This document shows positions 1 through 7,690 of a stretch of DNA of 35,428 nucleotides, in pieces. Below the pieces are notes generated by a model. That model made no database searches, was not told the DNA's origin, and was given only the letters and a program-made list of their open reading frames with translations. A program made the translations under genes and the position numbers. This stretch comes from a virus. How positions within the stretch are numbered: the stretch's first letter is position 1; each line of letters begins with the position of its first letter. Location of the stretch: IMG/VR virus record IMGVR_UViG_3300021255_000003. One strand, given 5' to 3'.

Positions 1-107
1 TTCATCATACATATCATCCTTTCCAACTGTTAAGGCACAAAATAGGAAAACTAATATAAGTAATAAAAATATTGCACCTAATATTGCTAAAAATCCTATT
101 AATATAT
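1..107. repeat. Terminal duplicate, left copy, identical to 35322-35428
   Basis: Read directly: ttcatcatacatatcatcctttccaactgttaaggcac... occurs at both ends. Confidence 0.97.
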
Positions 108-111
108 TCAT
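1..111 (-). CDS. Small single-TM peptide (37 aa, MNILIGFLAILGAIFLLLILVFLFCALTVGKDDMYDE); ORF wraps the contig junction
   Basis: ATG at 111-109 overlaps the upstream TGA (ATGA). The stop TAA is seen in the duplicated copy at 35319-35321 and overlaps the SSB start. Below the ORF-track size cutoff. Confidence 0.4.
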   Translation of the reverse strand, partial: MNILIGFLAILGAIFLLLILVFLFCALTVGKDDMYDE

Positions 112-245
112 TCTATCTCTCCTATCATCATTAAATCGTGGTATTCATCTGCCAAATCCCATCCTAAATCATAGTCATCATCATCTATTACTTCATTAGG
201 AGGTTCAGGATAAGAACCCCCTCCTAATCCTGTTGTATCTATCAT
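108..245 (-). CDS. Small acidic hypothetical protein (45 aa)
   Basis: ATG at 245-243 lies directly after the TAA of the upstream gene. Tightly packed in the early operon. Confidence 0.4.
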   Translation of the reverse strand: MIDTTGLGGGSYPEPPNEVIDDDDYDLGWDLADEYHDLMMIGEIE

Positions 246-614
246 TTATGCCTCCTTTGGTAGAGTTACTCTTAAACTACCTTTTCTACCGTTTGTCCAC
301 TCTGTATTTATAAATGTATATTTTTCATAGATATCGGGCATTTCATCTTTTAACTTAGCTACTGCAAATGCTTTTACTTTCTTTTCTTTTGGTTCTACAT
401 CTGCCATAGCAGTTAATTTAGTTCCATTTGTTAATGTCCATGTTTTTATATCTTTTGCTAACATCTTTTGTCTTAGTTCTTCTTTAGCTTGTTTATAATT
501 TTCTTCTAATTTTTTATATTCAATCATTCTTCTTTCTAATTGTTCTACTCTAGAGCCTAATGATATTATTTCTTTTTCATCTTCATTTATTGTTTTAACC
601 TCAAATGGATTCAT
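246..614 (-). CDS. Recombination-module accessory protein (coiled-coil; Gp157/Gam-like, uncertain)
   Basis: Track ORF. Sits immediately downstream of erf with a 1-nt overlap. N-terminal coiled coil. Confidence 0.6.
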   Translation of the reverse strand: MNPFEVKTINEDEKEIISLGSRVEQLERRMIEYKKLEENYKQAKEELRQKMLAKDIKTWTLTNGTKLTAMADVEPKEKKVKAFAVAKLKDEMPDIYEKYTFINTEWTNGRKGSLRVTLPKEA

Positions 615-1285
615 TATTCAACCTCCTGTCCACTTTCTTTTAGCATAGTCATTTTTTGCTGTTTTAATTCTAAATTTTTAACACAGTCCTGTAATTGTTC
701 TAATGTCATATCAGCATTAGATTTTACTTTGTACCATTTTAGTATTTCTTCCATATCAGAATTAGTATCTATTACTAAACTTTTCATTTTAGTCATTAAA
801 TCTAATATTTGTTTTTCAGTATTTCCTTTAGCTTTAAGTGTTACTCCTTTTGTCTTTTGTTCCTTTCCACTAACTGCATCAAAGCTATCATTCTCTACTA
901 TTTCAAGTAAATTTAAATATAAATATCTTTTCATATATGTGTTTGCTCCACCCAAATTCTGAATAGAATTAGCACCTTTTATCATGATTTCTGCTACTGG
1001 GCTAGAAAAAGTTACACTATCATATATTTCACAATTTTCATTTCTGATTAGTTTTTCAGTATCAAATACTTCTAATGTTGCAATATCACTTTGCAAAGTA
1101 AACTGACTGAATAATTTATATTTATCAAATAACTCATTTACCTTTGGAATGAAATCTGCTAGTTCGTAGTAATCAAAGTTAGCAAATCTGTTCTTTCCTG
1201 ATTTTTTTAAATTACAATTTTGTAGTTCTACTCTACATCTTTGTATTTTTTGATATAAATTTAATTTTTCTTCTTTTTTTTCCAT
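614..1285 (-). CDS. erf: ERF-family single-strand annealing recombinase
   Basis: N-terminal pattern LYQKIQRCRVEL..KKSGKN.FANFDYYELADFIPKVNELF is typical of the ERF superfamily. Sits in a recombination module with SSB. Confidence 0.7.
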   Translation of the reverse strand: MEKKEEKLNLYQKIQRCRVELQNCNLKKSGKNRFANFDYYELADFIPKVNELFDKYKLFSQFTLQSDIATLEVFDTEKLIRNENCEIYDSVTFSSPVAEIMIKGANSIQNLGGANTYMKRYLYLNLLEIVENDSFDAVSGKEQKTKGVTLKAKGNTEKQILDLMTKMKSLVIDTNSDMEEILKWYKVKSNADMTLEQLQDCVKNLELKQQKMTMLKESGQEVE

Positions 1286-1297
1286 TTTGTTACCTCC

Positions 1298-1513
1298 TTA
1301 TTTCAAAATGTATCTTTTAAATGTTACTGGATTACCAAATCTATTTAGTTTGGTTTCCCATTCTTCTTCAAAATCATAGCCATCTTTTTTTAGCCTATAG
1401 ATTTTGTCTGAAAGTCTTGTATCTCCGTATAGTGAGAAACTATCCCATGTTGTTATACTTCCATACTGTTCTAGATGGTTGAGTATTCTATCCTTTTGAG
1501 TTAATCTCTTCAT
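1298..1513 (-). CDS. Small winged-helix DNA-binding protein
   Basis: Track ORF, SD GGAG 9 nt upstream. The RILNHLEQYGSITTWD motif resembles a wHTH. Confidence 0.6.
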   Translation of the reverse strand: MKRLTQKDRILNHLEQYGSITTWDSFSLYGDTRLSDKIYRLKKDGYDFEEEWETKLNRFGNPVTFKRYILK

Positions 1514-1640
1514 TATCGATCACTCCTATTTTTACCATCCCGTTTTTACCTGCGTCTCCATCGCATATTATTTCAAAGTTTCTATAATTTAATTCAATAT
1601 CCAAATCCCCCAAAGTTATGTCTTTATAATCAAATTCCAT
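1488..1640 (-). CDS. Small hypothetical protein (50 aa)
   Basis: SD AAGGAG plus 8 nt, then ATG. TAATG overlap with the upstream stop. Not in the track (<60 aa). Confidence 0.4.
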   Translation of the reverse strand: MEFDYKDITLGDLDIELNYRNFEIICDGDAGKNGMVKIGVIDNEEINSKG

Positions 1641-2296
1641 TATTTAAACTCCTTTAATAATTCTTCTATCTCTTGTTTTTCTTCTTCTGTTGCTTTTGCT
1701 GATTTTTCATTTTCATTAAACCAACTTGGTAATTTTTCAGCCTTTTTTGTTTCTTTTTGATTTAGATATTTTTCAAACTTAGTACCAAATAAAGTTTCAG
1801 GACATAAATATCTTTCAAATTCAGTACCTACCCACTCATTATATTTTTTATCAATTACAGCTATGAAGTCGTCGAGCTTATAACCCTCGTTCAATCGTGC
1901 ATTGATTTTTTGTTGAGTTGTTTTAGTAGTATATTTAAAATTACTATTTGTTTTATTATTTAAATAATTAATTATATCTTTAATAAATTCTAAATTAGAA
2001 ATATAAAACTTAAAATTAGAAATACTTGTTTTGTTTTTCTCCGGTTTTGCTCCGGTTTTTTTTCGGTTTTCTTCCGGTTCTTTTTTTACTCTTCTTTTTG
2101 AATTAGATTTAGATACATCTAATTGATGACTAAGAGTATTAAATACAGCTTTTTTATGTCCTTCAAAGTTTGGTGTTATATCCTTAAAAATATAATCTAA
2201 AATAGCTACTGCTAAATCTCTTTTATCTTCTATAGGCATTGTATCTATTAAGAAATAATAGTCCCTATAGAAAGTAAAACTATTAATCTCATTCAT
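1640..2296 (-). CDS. Phage replisome organizer / DnaD-like replication protein with conserved phage C-terminal domain
   Basis: N-terminus FYRDYYFLID..PIEDKRDLAVAILDY and C-terminus INYLN.KT...F......T...I.ARL.EGY...DF..VID.K...W are typical of this family. ATG at 2296 has SD AGAAAGG; the track extends to a TTG at 2314. Confidence 0.7.
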   Translation of the reverse strand: MNEINSFTFYRDYYFLIDTMPIEDKRDLAVAILDYIFKDITPNFEGHKKAVFNTLSHQLDVSKSNSKRRVKKEPEENRKKTGAKPEKNKTSISNFKFYISNLEFIKDIINYLNNKTNSNFKYTTKTTQQKINARLNEGYKLDDFIAVIDKKYNEWVGTEFERYLCPETLFGTKFEKYLNQKETKKAEKLPSWFNENEKSAKATEEEKQEIEELLKEFK

Positions 2297-2406
2297 GTTT
2301 GCCTTTCTACTCAACCATTACCCATTCTTGCATTTTTGCTACTCTTGTGTTATACTTAAAGAGTAATTGTGTTATGTAATTACTTGATTTATGAGTTGTT
2401 CGGAGC

Positions 2407-2526
2407 TCATAAGTCTTTTTTATTACATGAATATTTTTCTTTTAAATATTTATTTAGATCATCTATCATCTGATTATATTCTTCTTTAGTCTTAGGGTTA
2501 GTTACAATTACTTTTATTTTTGCCAT
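2407..2526 (-). CDS. Small hypothetical protein (39 aa)
   Basis: TAATG overlap with the upstream ORF. Below the track cutoff. Confidence 0.3.
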   Translation of the reverse strand: MAKIKVIVTNPKTKEEYNQMIDDLNKYLKEKYSCNKKDL

Positions 2527-2693
2527 TATTTATGTGCTTCACAGTATCTAATAGAATAACCACTATTAGTACAATTCTTCATAAAGTCTTTATCAAGTGA
2601 TGATAAAGTGTTTAATAAACAAATTATTACTATTGCAGTAGTAATACTATATAATGTAACCTTAACCCATCTTTTTAATTTTCTTTTTTTCAT
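2526..2693 (-). CDS. Small membrane protein (55 aa, basic N-terminus plus one TM)
   Basis: SD GGAG plus 8 nt, then ATG. Hydrophobic segment TLYSITTAIVIICLL. Confidence 0.4.
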   Translation of the reverse strand: MKKRKLKRWVKVTLYSITTAIVIICLLNTLSSLDKDFMKNCTNSGYSIRYCEAHK

Positions 2694-2722
2694 TTTTCAT
2701 TCTCCTTTGTCTGTTGTGATTT

Positions 2723-2743
2723 TTGTAACTCTTTTAAGTTACA
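2723..2743. promoter_or_regulatory. Operator-like inverted repeat TTGTAACT-N6-AGTTACAt at the 3' end of the cro-like gene
   Basis: Same half-sites and 6-bp spacer as the repeat at 2952-2973. Confidence 0.5.
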
Positions 2744-2934
2744 TTTTTTTCAAAAAAAATTACTTCGTATGGCTCGTTTAATATACTTAATATTTTTTTT
2801 ACTTCAACTAAGTTGAAATCAAGTTTGCCATTTTCTTTTAAATTATAGTTATTTTTCGATATTCCTAGCAAATCAGCCATTTTTTGTTGTGTTATTCCTA
2901 GTTCATTTCTTTTTCCAATTAATTTTGGATACAT
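2734..2934 (-). CDS. Cro-like XRE-family HTH regulator
   Basis: RNELGITQQKMADLLGISKNNYNLKENG is a classic XRE HTH. Divergent from the CI-like gene. Confidence 0.8.
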   Translation of the reverse strand: MYPKLIGKRNELGITQQKMADLLGISKNNYNLKENGKLDFNLVEVKKILSILNEPYEVIFFEKNVT

Positions 2935-2951
2935 TTTTTTATTCTCCTTTC

Positions 2952-2973
2952 TTGTAACTATTTTCAGTTACAA
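2952..2973. promoter_or_regulatory. Operator: perfect 8-bp inverted repeat TTGTAACT-ATTTTC-AGTTACAA
   Basis: Lies between the divergent regulators, at the predicted start of the cro transcript. Confidence 0.6.
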
Positions 2974-2977
2974 ATCA

Positions 2978-3006
2978 AGTATAACAAATGGTTTTTATTT
3001 TGTCAA
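2978..3006 (-). promoter_or_regulatory. Early lytic promoter (-35 TTGACA, 17-bp spacer, -10 TATACT)
   Basis: Read on the minus strand: tgtcaa at 3001-3006 and agtata at 2978-2983. Confidence 0.6.
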
Positions 3007-3026
3007 CAAAAAAAGTAACATTTTTA

Positions 3027-3055
3027 TTGATTTTTTCACTTTTTTTGGTTATAAT
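3027..3055 (+). promoter_or_regulatory. Repressor-operon promoter (-35 TTGATT, 17-bp spacer, -10 TATAAT)
   Basis: TTGATT at 3027-3032 and TATAAT at 3050-3055, upstream of SD AAAGGAGG and the ATG at 3077. Confidence 0.6.
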
Positions 3056-3076
3056 GTTATTAAAAGGAGGAATTAT

Positions 3077-3784
3077 ATGGATTTTGAGGTAGATGAAAAT
3101 TTAGATTATCAGTTAAATAAAATTGCTTCAATAGTTATAAAAGAAAAAAGGATAAAAAAAGGATATAGTTTAGATGATGTTATAAATAAATTAGATAATA
3201 TAATTACAAAACAATCCTTATATAGATATGAAAATAATGAAGCAAGAATGAAAAATAGAATTTTCAAAAAAATATGTTTAGCACTTAATGAAGATCCAAA
3301 TGAAATTTGGAATGAAATTAATAATAGGTTTTTGAATACTCTATCATACGATAATGCTGATGTGATTGATATTGATAGCGATGTTATTAAAATCCCAGTA
3401 CTCGGTATTATTAAAGCAGGAATACCTATTGAAGCACAGGAAGAAATAATTGACTATGTTGAAATACCTAAAAAATGGACTTTAGGTGGTAAAAAATTCT
3501 ATGGATTAAAAATTAGTGGTGATAGCATGTATCCCAAATATCAAGAAGATGACATAGTTATATTTGAACAAAACGAAGATAAAGAACAATATAACAATAA
3601 AGACTGTGCTGTTATGGTTAATGGTGATGACGCAACATTTAAACAAGTTTTATTAAACGAACAAGGTTTAGTATTAAGGCCTTATAACAATGCTTATGAT
3701 ATTATGATGTATAGTAATGATGATATAGAAAAGTTACCTATTAAAATAGTAGGTATTGCTAGAGAGAAAAGAACTAAATTGTAG
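3077..3784 (+). CDS. CI-like repressor: XRE HTH plus LexA/S24 autopeptidase domain
   Basis: N-terminal HTH (KKGYSLDDVINKL). GDSMYP serine motif with FKQV lysine about 40 aa downstream. Confidence 0.85.
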   Translation: MDFEVDENLDYQLNKIASIVIKEKRIKKGYSLDDVINKLDNIITKQSLYRYENNEARMKNRIFKKICLALNEDPNEIWNEINNRFLNTLSYDNADVIDIDSDVIKIPVLGIIKAGIPIEAQEEIIDYVEIPKKWTLGGKKFYGLKISGDSMYPKYQEDDIVIFEQNEDKEQYNNKDCAVMVNGDDATFKQVLLNEQGLVLRPYNNAYDIMMYSNDDIEKLPIKIVGIAREKRTKL

Positions 3785-3793
3785 GAGGTTAAA

Positions 3794-4063
3794 ATGAAAA
3801 TAGGATTTAGAAAACCAAATATAAAAAGAGCTATAAAAGCAAGAACTACTGGTAGAATTAAAAGAAGTATGAAGAAAGCAACTAATCCTTTCTATGGTAA
3901 AAAAGGTATGGGCTTTGTAAAAAATCCTAAGAAAGCAATTTATAATAAAGCATATAAGAAGACTACTGTAGGATTATCTTCTGAGGCATGGATACATATT
4001 ATTCTATTTATATTCACAGCAGGAATAGGAAATATTATTTATTTAATATATAAAAAGAAATAA
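3794..4063 (+). CDS. Basic protein with C-terminal TM anchor, expressed from the lysogeny operon
   Basis: Track ORF. ARTTGRIKR...YGKKGMGFVKNPKKAIYNKAY motif followed by TM WIHIILFIFTAGIGNIIYLIY. Confidence 0.6.
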   Translation: MKIGFRKPNIKRAIKARTTGRIKRSMKKATNPFYGKKGMGFVKNPKKAIYNKAYKKTTVGLSSEAWIHIILFIFTAGIGNIIYLIYKKK

Positions 4064-4151
4064 AAAGTATTTTGTGAATTTAATAATAATGGTTAAAAAT
4101 ATGCTAGTACAGGTATTTTTAATATAAAAAAGTAGTAAAGGAGGTGTATTT

Positions 4152-4604
4152 GTGAAAAAGTTAATTATATTGTTGTCTTGTTTAATTGTTGTCGTTACAT
4201 TAACAGCTTGTTCTGAAAAAAATACTACAAAATCAGGTGAAACTAATAATAGTAGTAATGAAACAAAAACAGTTGAACCATTAAATCTATATGGTGAATG
4301 GAAACAAACTAACTCAGAAAGTGATGAAGACTATCAAGAAGCAACAATTAGTGAAGATGGTACAATAACTATTAATTGGGTTACTGAAGATACAAAATCT
4401 TTATACTGGGCTGGAAGTTTTGAAGCACCAACAACCGAAACAAAATCTTATTCTTGGACTTCAAATAATGATACTTCAAAGACAGAAGAAGCTATGTTAG
4501 CTTCAAGTGACGCAACAAAAAATTTTAAATATGAAAATGGTATTTTAAGTTATGAAGCCTCTGCTATGGGTGTAACTAAAACAATAAAAATGGAAAAAAA
4601 ATAA
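4152..4604 (+). CDS. Lipoprotein (candidate superinfection-exclusion or surface moron)
   Basis: Signal peptide with lipobox LTAC-S. SD AGGAGG, GTG start. Confidence 0.7.
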   Translation: MKKLIILLSCLIVVVTLTACSEKNTTKSGETNNSSNETKTVEPLNLYGEWKQTNSESDEDYQEATISEDGTITINWVTEDTKSLYWAGSFEAPTTETKSYSWTSNNDTSKTEEAMLASSDATKNFKYENGILSYEASAMGVTKTIKMEKK

Positions 4605-4634
4605 AAAAAAGACTAACCGCTGCAACGATTAGTC
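4603..4634 (-). terminator. Terminator-like hairpin (GACTAA..TTAGTC) with its U-tract on the minus strand only
   Basis: A8 run at 4603-4610 precedes the hairpin on the plus strand. The orientation would block transcription entering the lysogeny operon from the right. Confidence 0.35.
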
Positions 4635-4638
4635 AAAG

Positions 4639-4689
4639 GTACATAAAAAATTATATTTATCTCACAACAGACAAATCTTTTTTATGTAC
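4639..4689. other. 51-bp element: perfect 12-bp inverted repeat GTACATAAAAAA-N27-TTTTTTATGTAC (attP candidate 1)
   Basis: Read directly. Lies 52 bp upstream of the serine integrase start. Confidence 0.35.
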
Positions 4690-4740
4690 TTCAATTTTAC
4701 TATATTTTTTTAAAAATGTAAATATTGGAGGTAATTAATT

Positions 4741-6186
4741 ATGAATGAAAATTTTTTAGATTTTGATAGTCTATATAATGACTACTATTTAAAATCAAAT
4801 GAATATTATACTAAATGTGCTTGTTATATAAGAGTATCTACTGACGATCAAGTTGAATACTCTCCTACTTCACAATTAAAGCTATTATTAAAATATGCTT
4901 TAGATAATGATTTATTTATAGATAAAAAATATATATTCCACGATGATGGAATAAGTGGTACAAATACAAAGAATAGAGATTCATTTTTAAATATGATAGC
5001 TACTGCTAAATCTAAGCCTAAACCTTTTGAAAAGATAATTGTCTATGATTTTAGTAGATTTGCTAGGAATAAAGAAGAATCAGTAATGTATAAAACATTA
5101 TTAAGAAAAAAACTAAAGATAGATGTTATTAGCATAACCCAACCTCTTACTGAAGGTAAAGAAAGAGTTATATTAGAATCAATGTATGAAGCTATGGACG
5201 AATACTACTCTCTTAACCTATCTGAAAATGTTAGGCGTGGAAAACGTGAAAAAGTTGAACGTGGTGAACATTCAAGCTATGCCCCTTTTGGTTATACTCT
5301 GGTAGATAAAAAACTCGTCATACACGAAGAAAATGCCAAATTAGTTAAGTCTATTTATGATATGTTTATTAATACTGAAAATATTAAGCATATTTGTAAC
5401 ACTTTAAACGATTTAGGTATTAAATCAACGCGTGGTAAGTTATGGGGAAGAAAAACTATAACTTTGATATTAAAAAACAAAACTTATGCTGGATATGTAA
5501 AAAACAGAGATAAATACTATAAAGGTATTCACGAACCTATAATTGCTGAAGAGAAATTTGAAAAAGTACAAAAGATATGGCAATATAGAGATGAACATTT
5601 TAAGAAATGTAAGGATCAGGTTCAACATAACCATTGGTTACGTGGAATATTAAAATGTGGTGAATGTGGATATGGTATGTATTATTTTAAAAGAAAAGAT
5701 AGAGATTATGCTATATTTAATTGTGGAGGTTATACACATAATAGATGTTCTTCTCATTATATTAAAGTTACTGATGTAGAAAATGCTATAATCGAACAAA
5801 TTAAAAATGATTTTACTAATAAAATTGACATTAACATAACTACTAATAATAATGATTCTGAATACAAAATAGCACTATCTAATTTAAAATCTATAGAGAA
5901 TAAACTTGTTAGGATTAAAGAAGCTTATGTTAATGGAATTGATACATTAGAAGAATACAAAGAAAATAAATCTAAACTACAAAATCAATTGGAGGTTGCA
6001 AACAAAAAGATTAAAGAATCACAAAAACCATCTAAAGAAGTTATCTATAAAAAATGTGAACAGGCATATAAGATATTAAGTGATCCAAAAGCTGAAAAGA
6101 ACTTAAAATCAGAAATATCACACAATTTATTTGAAAAAATAACTTATTACAAAGAAAGCAATACCCTTGCTATTACTTATAAATAA
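4741..6186 (+). CDS. int: Large serine recombinase (phage integrase)
   Basis: N-terminal YIRVSTDDQ catalytic motif, resolvase domain, recombinase domain, Cys-rich zinc ribbon (CGECGYGMYY...CGGYTHNRC) and C-terminal coiled coil. Confidence 0.9.
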   Translation: MNENFLDFDSLYNDYYLKSNEYYTKCACYIRVSTDDQVEYSPTSQLKLLLKYALDNDLFIDKKYIFHDDGISGTNTKNRDSFLNMIATAKSKPKPFEKIIVYDFSRFARNKEESVMYKTLLRKKLKIDVISITQPLTEGKERVILESMYEAMDEYYSLNLSENVRRGKREKVERGEHSSYAPFGYTLVDKKLVIHEENAKLVKSIYDMFINTENIKHICNTLNDLGIKSTRGKLWGRKTITLILKNKTYAGYVKNRDKYYKGIHEPIIAEEKFEKVQKIWQYRDEHFKKCKDQVQHNHWLRGILKCGECGYGMYYFKRKDRDYAIFNCGGYTHNRCSSHYIKVTDVENAIIEQIKNDFTNKIDINITTNNNDSEYKIALSNLKSIENKLVRIKEAYVNGIDTLEEYKENKSKLQNQLEVANKKIKESQKPSKEVIYKKCEQAYKILSDPKAEKNLKSEISHNLFEKITYYKESNTLAITYK

Positions 6187-6200
6187 AGGGTTTATTAGTT

Positions 6201-6246
6201 TGCATATATGAGGAAGTTAGTCCCGAACAAATTCTTTATATATGCA
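6201..6246. other. 46-bp element: inverted repeat TGCATATAT-N28-ATATATGCA (attP candidate 2)
   Basis: Read directly. Arms match 11/13 when extended. Starts 15 bp after the int stop and has a GC-richer core. Confidence 0.35.
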
Positions 6247-6274
6247 CTACATAATATAGAAAGGAATTGTAAAA

Positions 6275-6592
6275 ATGAAATCAAAAAGAACAAAAGCAAC
6301 TGATATATCTATGTCAGTAAAAAAGAAAGTATTTGAAAGAGATAAAGGTAAATGTGTTATATGTGGTAACATGATAAATGTAATGCCTAATTCACACTTT
6401 ATAAGGAGATCACATGGAGGTTTAGGTATAGAAGAAAATGTTTTTACTGCATGTACTAACTTTACTATAAATAAATGTCATGAAAGATGGGATAGATATA
6501 AGTGTACTGATGAAGAAATTGAAAAAGTTAGAAACTATTTTAAAAGTATTTATCCTAACTGGAATGAAGATAATTTAATTTATAAAAAATAA
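6275..6592 (+). CDS. HNH-type nuclease-like protein
   Basis: RDKGKCVICG...SHFIRRSHGG..EENVFTAC...KCHERWD matches a CxxC...H...N...CH layout. Confidence 0.5.
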   Translation: MKSKRTKATDISMSVKKKVFERDKGKCVICGNMINVMPNSHFIRRSHGGLGIEENVFTACTNFTINKCHERWDRYKCTDEEIEKVRNYFKSIYPNWNEDNLIYKK

Positions 6593-6628
6593 AAAAAGAG
6601 GAACAAGACAAATAAACTTGTTCCTTTT
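6591..6628. terminator. Bidirectional rho-independent terminator (GGAACAAG-N9-CTTGTTCC flanked by A7 and T4)
   Basis: Hairpin at 6600-6624 with T-runs on both strands. Sits between convergent genes. Confidence 0.7.
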
Positions 6629-6803
6629 AAATATACTTCTTAGCTACATTAATATCTAATTCATATAAAGTATCATCATCTACATTATAGTACTCTGCTT
6701 TATTACCATTTATCTTTAGTAGTATTTTAAATGGTTCTTCTATATTTAGTTCTTTACAGAAATTAGATAGTTCTTTACCAGTTAATATTTTACTTTCTTG
6801 CAT
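6627..6803 (-). CDS. Small hypothetical protein (58 aa, MQESKILTGKELSNFCKELNIEEPF...)
   Basis: Hand-translated. SD AAAGGGGGA plus 5 nt, then ATG at 6803; TAA at 6627-6629. Below the track cutoff. Confidence 0.5.
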   Translation of the reverse strand: MQESKILTGKELSNFCKELNIEEPFKILLKINGNKAEYYNVDDDTLYELDINVAKKYI

Positions 6804-6842
6804 ATTATCCCCCTTTCGGTTGGATACTATACTACAAGAGTG

Positions 6843-6869
6843 TGTCGAATTTTGTCGAATAGTGTCGAA
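6843..6869. repeat. Three direct TGTCGAA repeats with exact 10-bp phasing
   Basis: TGTCGAA at 6843-6849, 6853-6859 and 6863-6869. Lies between a terminator and the small ORF promoter region. Confidence 0.9.
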
Positions 6870-6895
6870 AAAAAGAGAAATTAGTTAGTTTCTCT
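6867..6895 (-). terminator. Rho-independent terminator of the 7587-6901 operon (AGAGAAA-N8-TTTCTCT plus T7)
   Basis: 7-bp stem followed by a T-run on the minus strand, immediately after the stop at 6901. Confidence 0.7.
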
Positions 6896-6900
6896 TTTAA

Positions 6901-7401
6901 TTATACATTTATTGTATCTTTAGATGTTACTTTCCTTTTAAATTCAACACCATATTCTTTAATTATATTTTCTGTTAAAGCTTCTATTTCCTTTTCCTCT
7001 ATTTTTATTCTAGCGTCTAAACTTATTATAATAGGTTTTTTTGTTTTTTTATCTCTTAAAATAATATGATTAGTAGAATTTAAGTCTATAGTATCAGTAT
7101 ACATGTTCCCATAAACATAGCTAAAATTTAATACTCCATCTTCTTCTGGCGTTAGTATTATATATTGTTTTTCATGTGGTAAAACATTTTTTAAATTATT
7201 TGCAATTGCCTCTTTTGCTTCTTTTAAGCTTCGTGGTTTTACTTTTTCATTAACATAAATAGTAGAAACTAATCTTACATTAATAACATTTTCACTTAAA
7301 ACCTCCCTGACTACTGCAGGTCTAATTGCTTTTGTTATTGGTTGTTTTCTACCACCAATTCTATCAATGTTTTTTAATAATATTAATTGCCCTACTTCCA
7401 T
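6901..7401 (-). CDS. 166-aa protein with weak MazF/PemK-like (SH3-barrel toxin) resemblance; function unknown
   Basis: VGQLILL....GG.....IRPAVV...S.NVI.V.LVST and later GVLNFSYVY....TIDL echo the MazF motifs (RPxlV, T..., S.v....i.tiD). Has an extra insert and a C-terminal tail. Similarity judged by eye only. Confidence 0.3.
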   Translation of the reverse strand: MEVGQLILLKNIDRIGGRKQPITKAIRPAVVREVLSENVINVRLVSTIYVNEKVKPRSLKEAKEAIANNLKNVLPHEKQYIILTPEEDGVLNFSYVYGNMYTDTIDLNSTNHIILRDKKTKKPIIISLDARIKIEEKEIEALTENIIKEYGVEFKRKVTSKDTINV

Positions 7402-7413
7402 ATCATTTACTCC

Positions 7414-7587
7414 TTATTTAATATTTTTTAATATCTTATATTCTTTAGACTCATTAAAATTTTTCAATAAGTCAACTAGTTGAGGATCGTTTTTTGATAT
7501 GGTATTTTTTTTGCTTTTAGCAACGCCAGACATTTCTCTCCTTTTCTTTAAAAGATTAATGAATGTTTTATTTTTGTCATTTCCCAT
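7414..7587 (-). CDS. 57-aa basic protein (candidate antitoxin/autoregulator); first gene of a two-gene operon
   Basis: SD GGGAGGTG plus 7 nt, then ATG at 7587; the track start at 7629 lacks an SD. 12-nt gap to the downstream gene. Confidence 0.55.
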   Translation of the reverse strand: MGNDKNKTFINLLKKRREMSGVAKSKKNTISKNDPQLVDLLKNFNESKEYKILKNIK

Positions 7588-7690
7588 ATTCACACCTCCC
7601 ATTGCCTTTTTAATAATAGAATAAACCAATATAATACTACTTTATTCAGTAGTATTGTATGACTCCTAGTATTACCCTATTATTATTTTA

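Noticed and set aside
4611-4634. Hairpin after the lipoprotein gene as its plus-strand terminator
   Set aside because: No U-tract follows on the plus strand (AAAGG follows instead). The A8 run precedes it, so it is oriented for the minus strand. Reported only as a low-confidence terminator-like feature.
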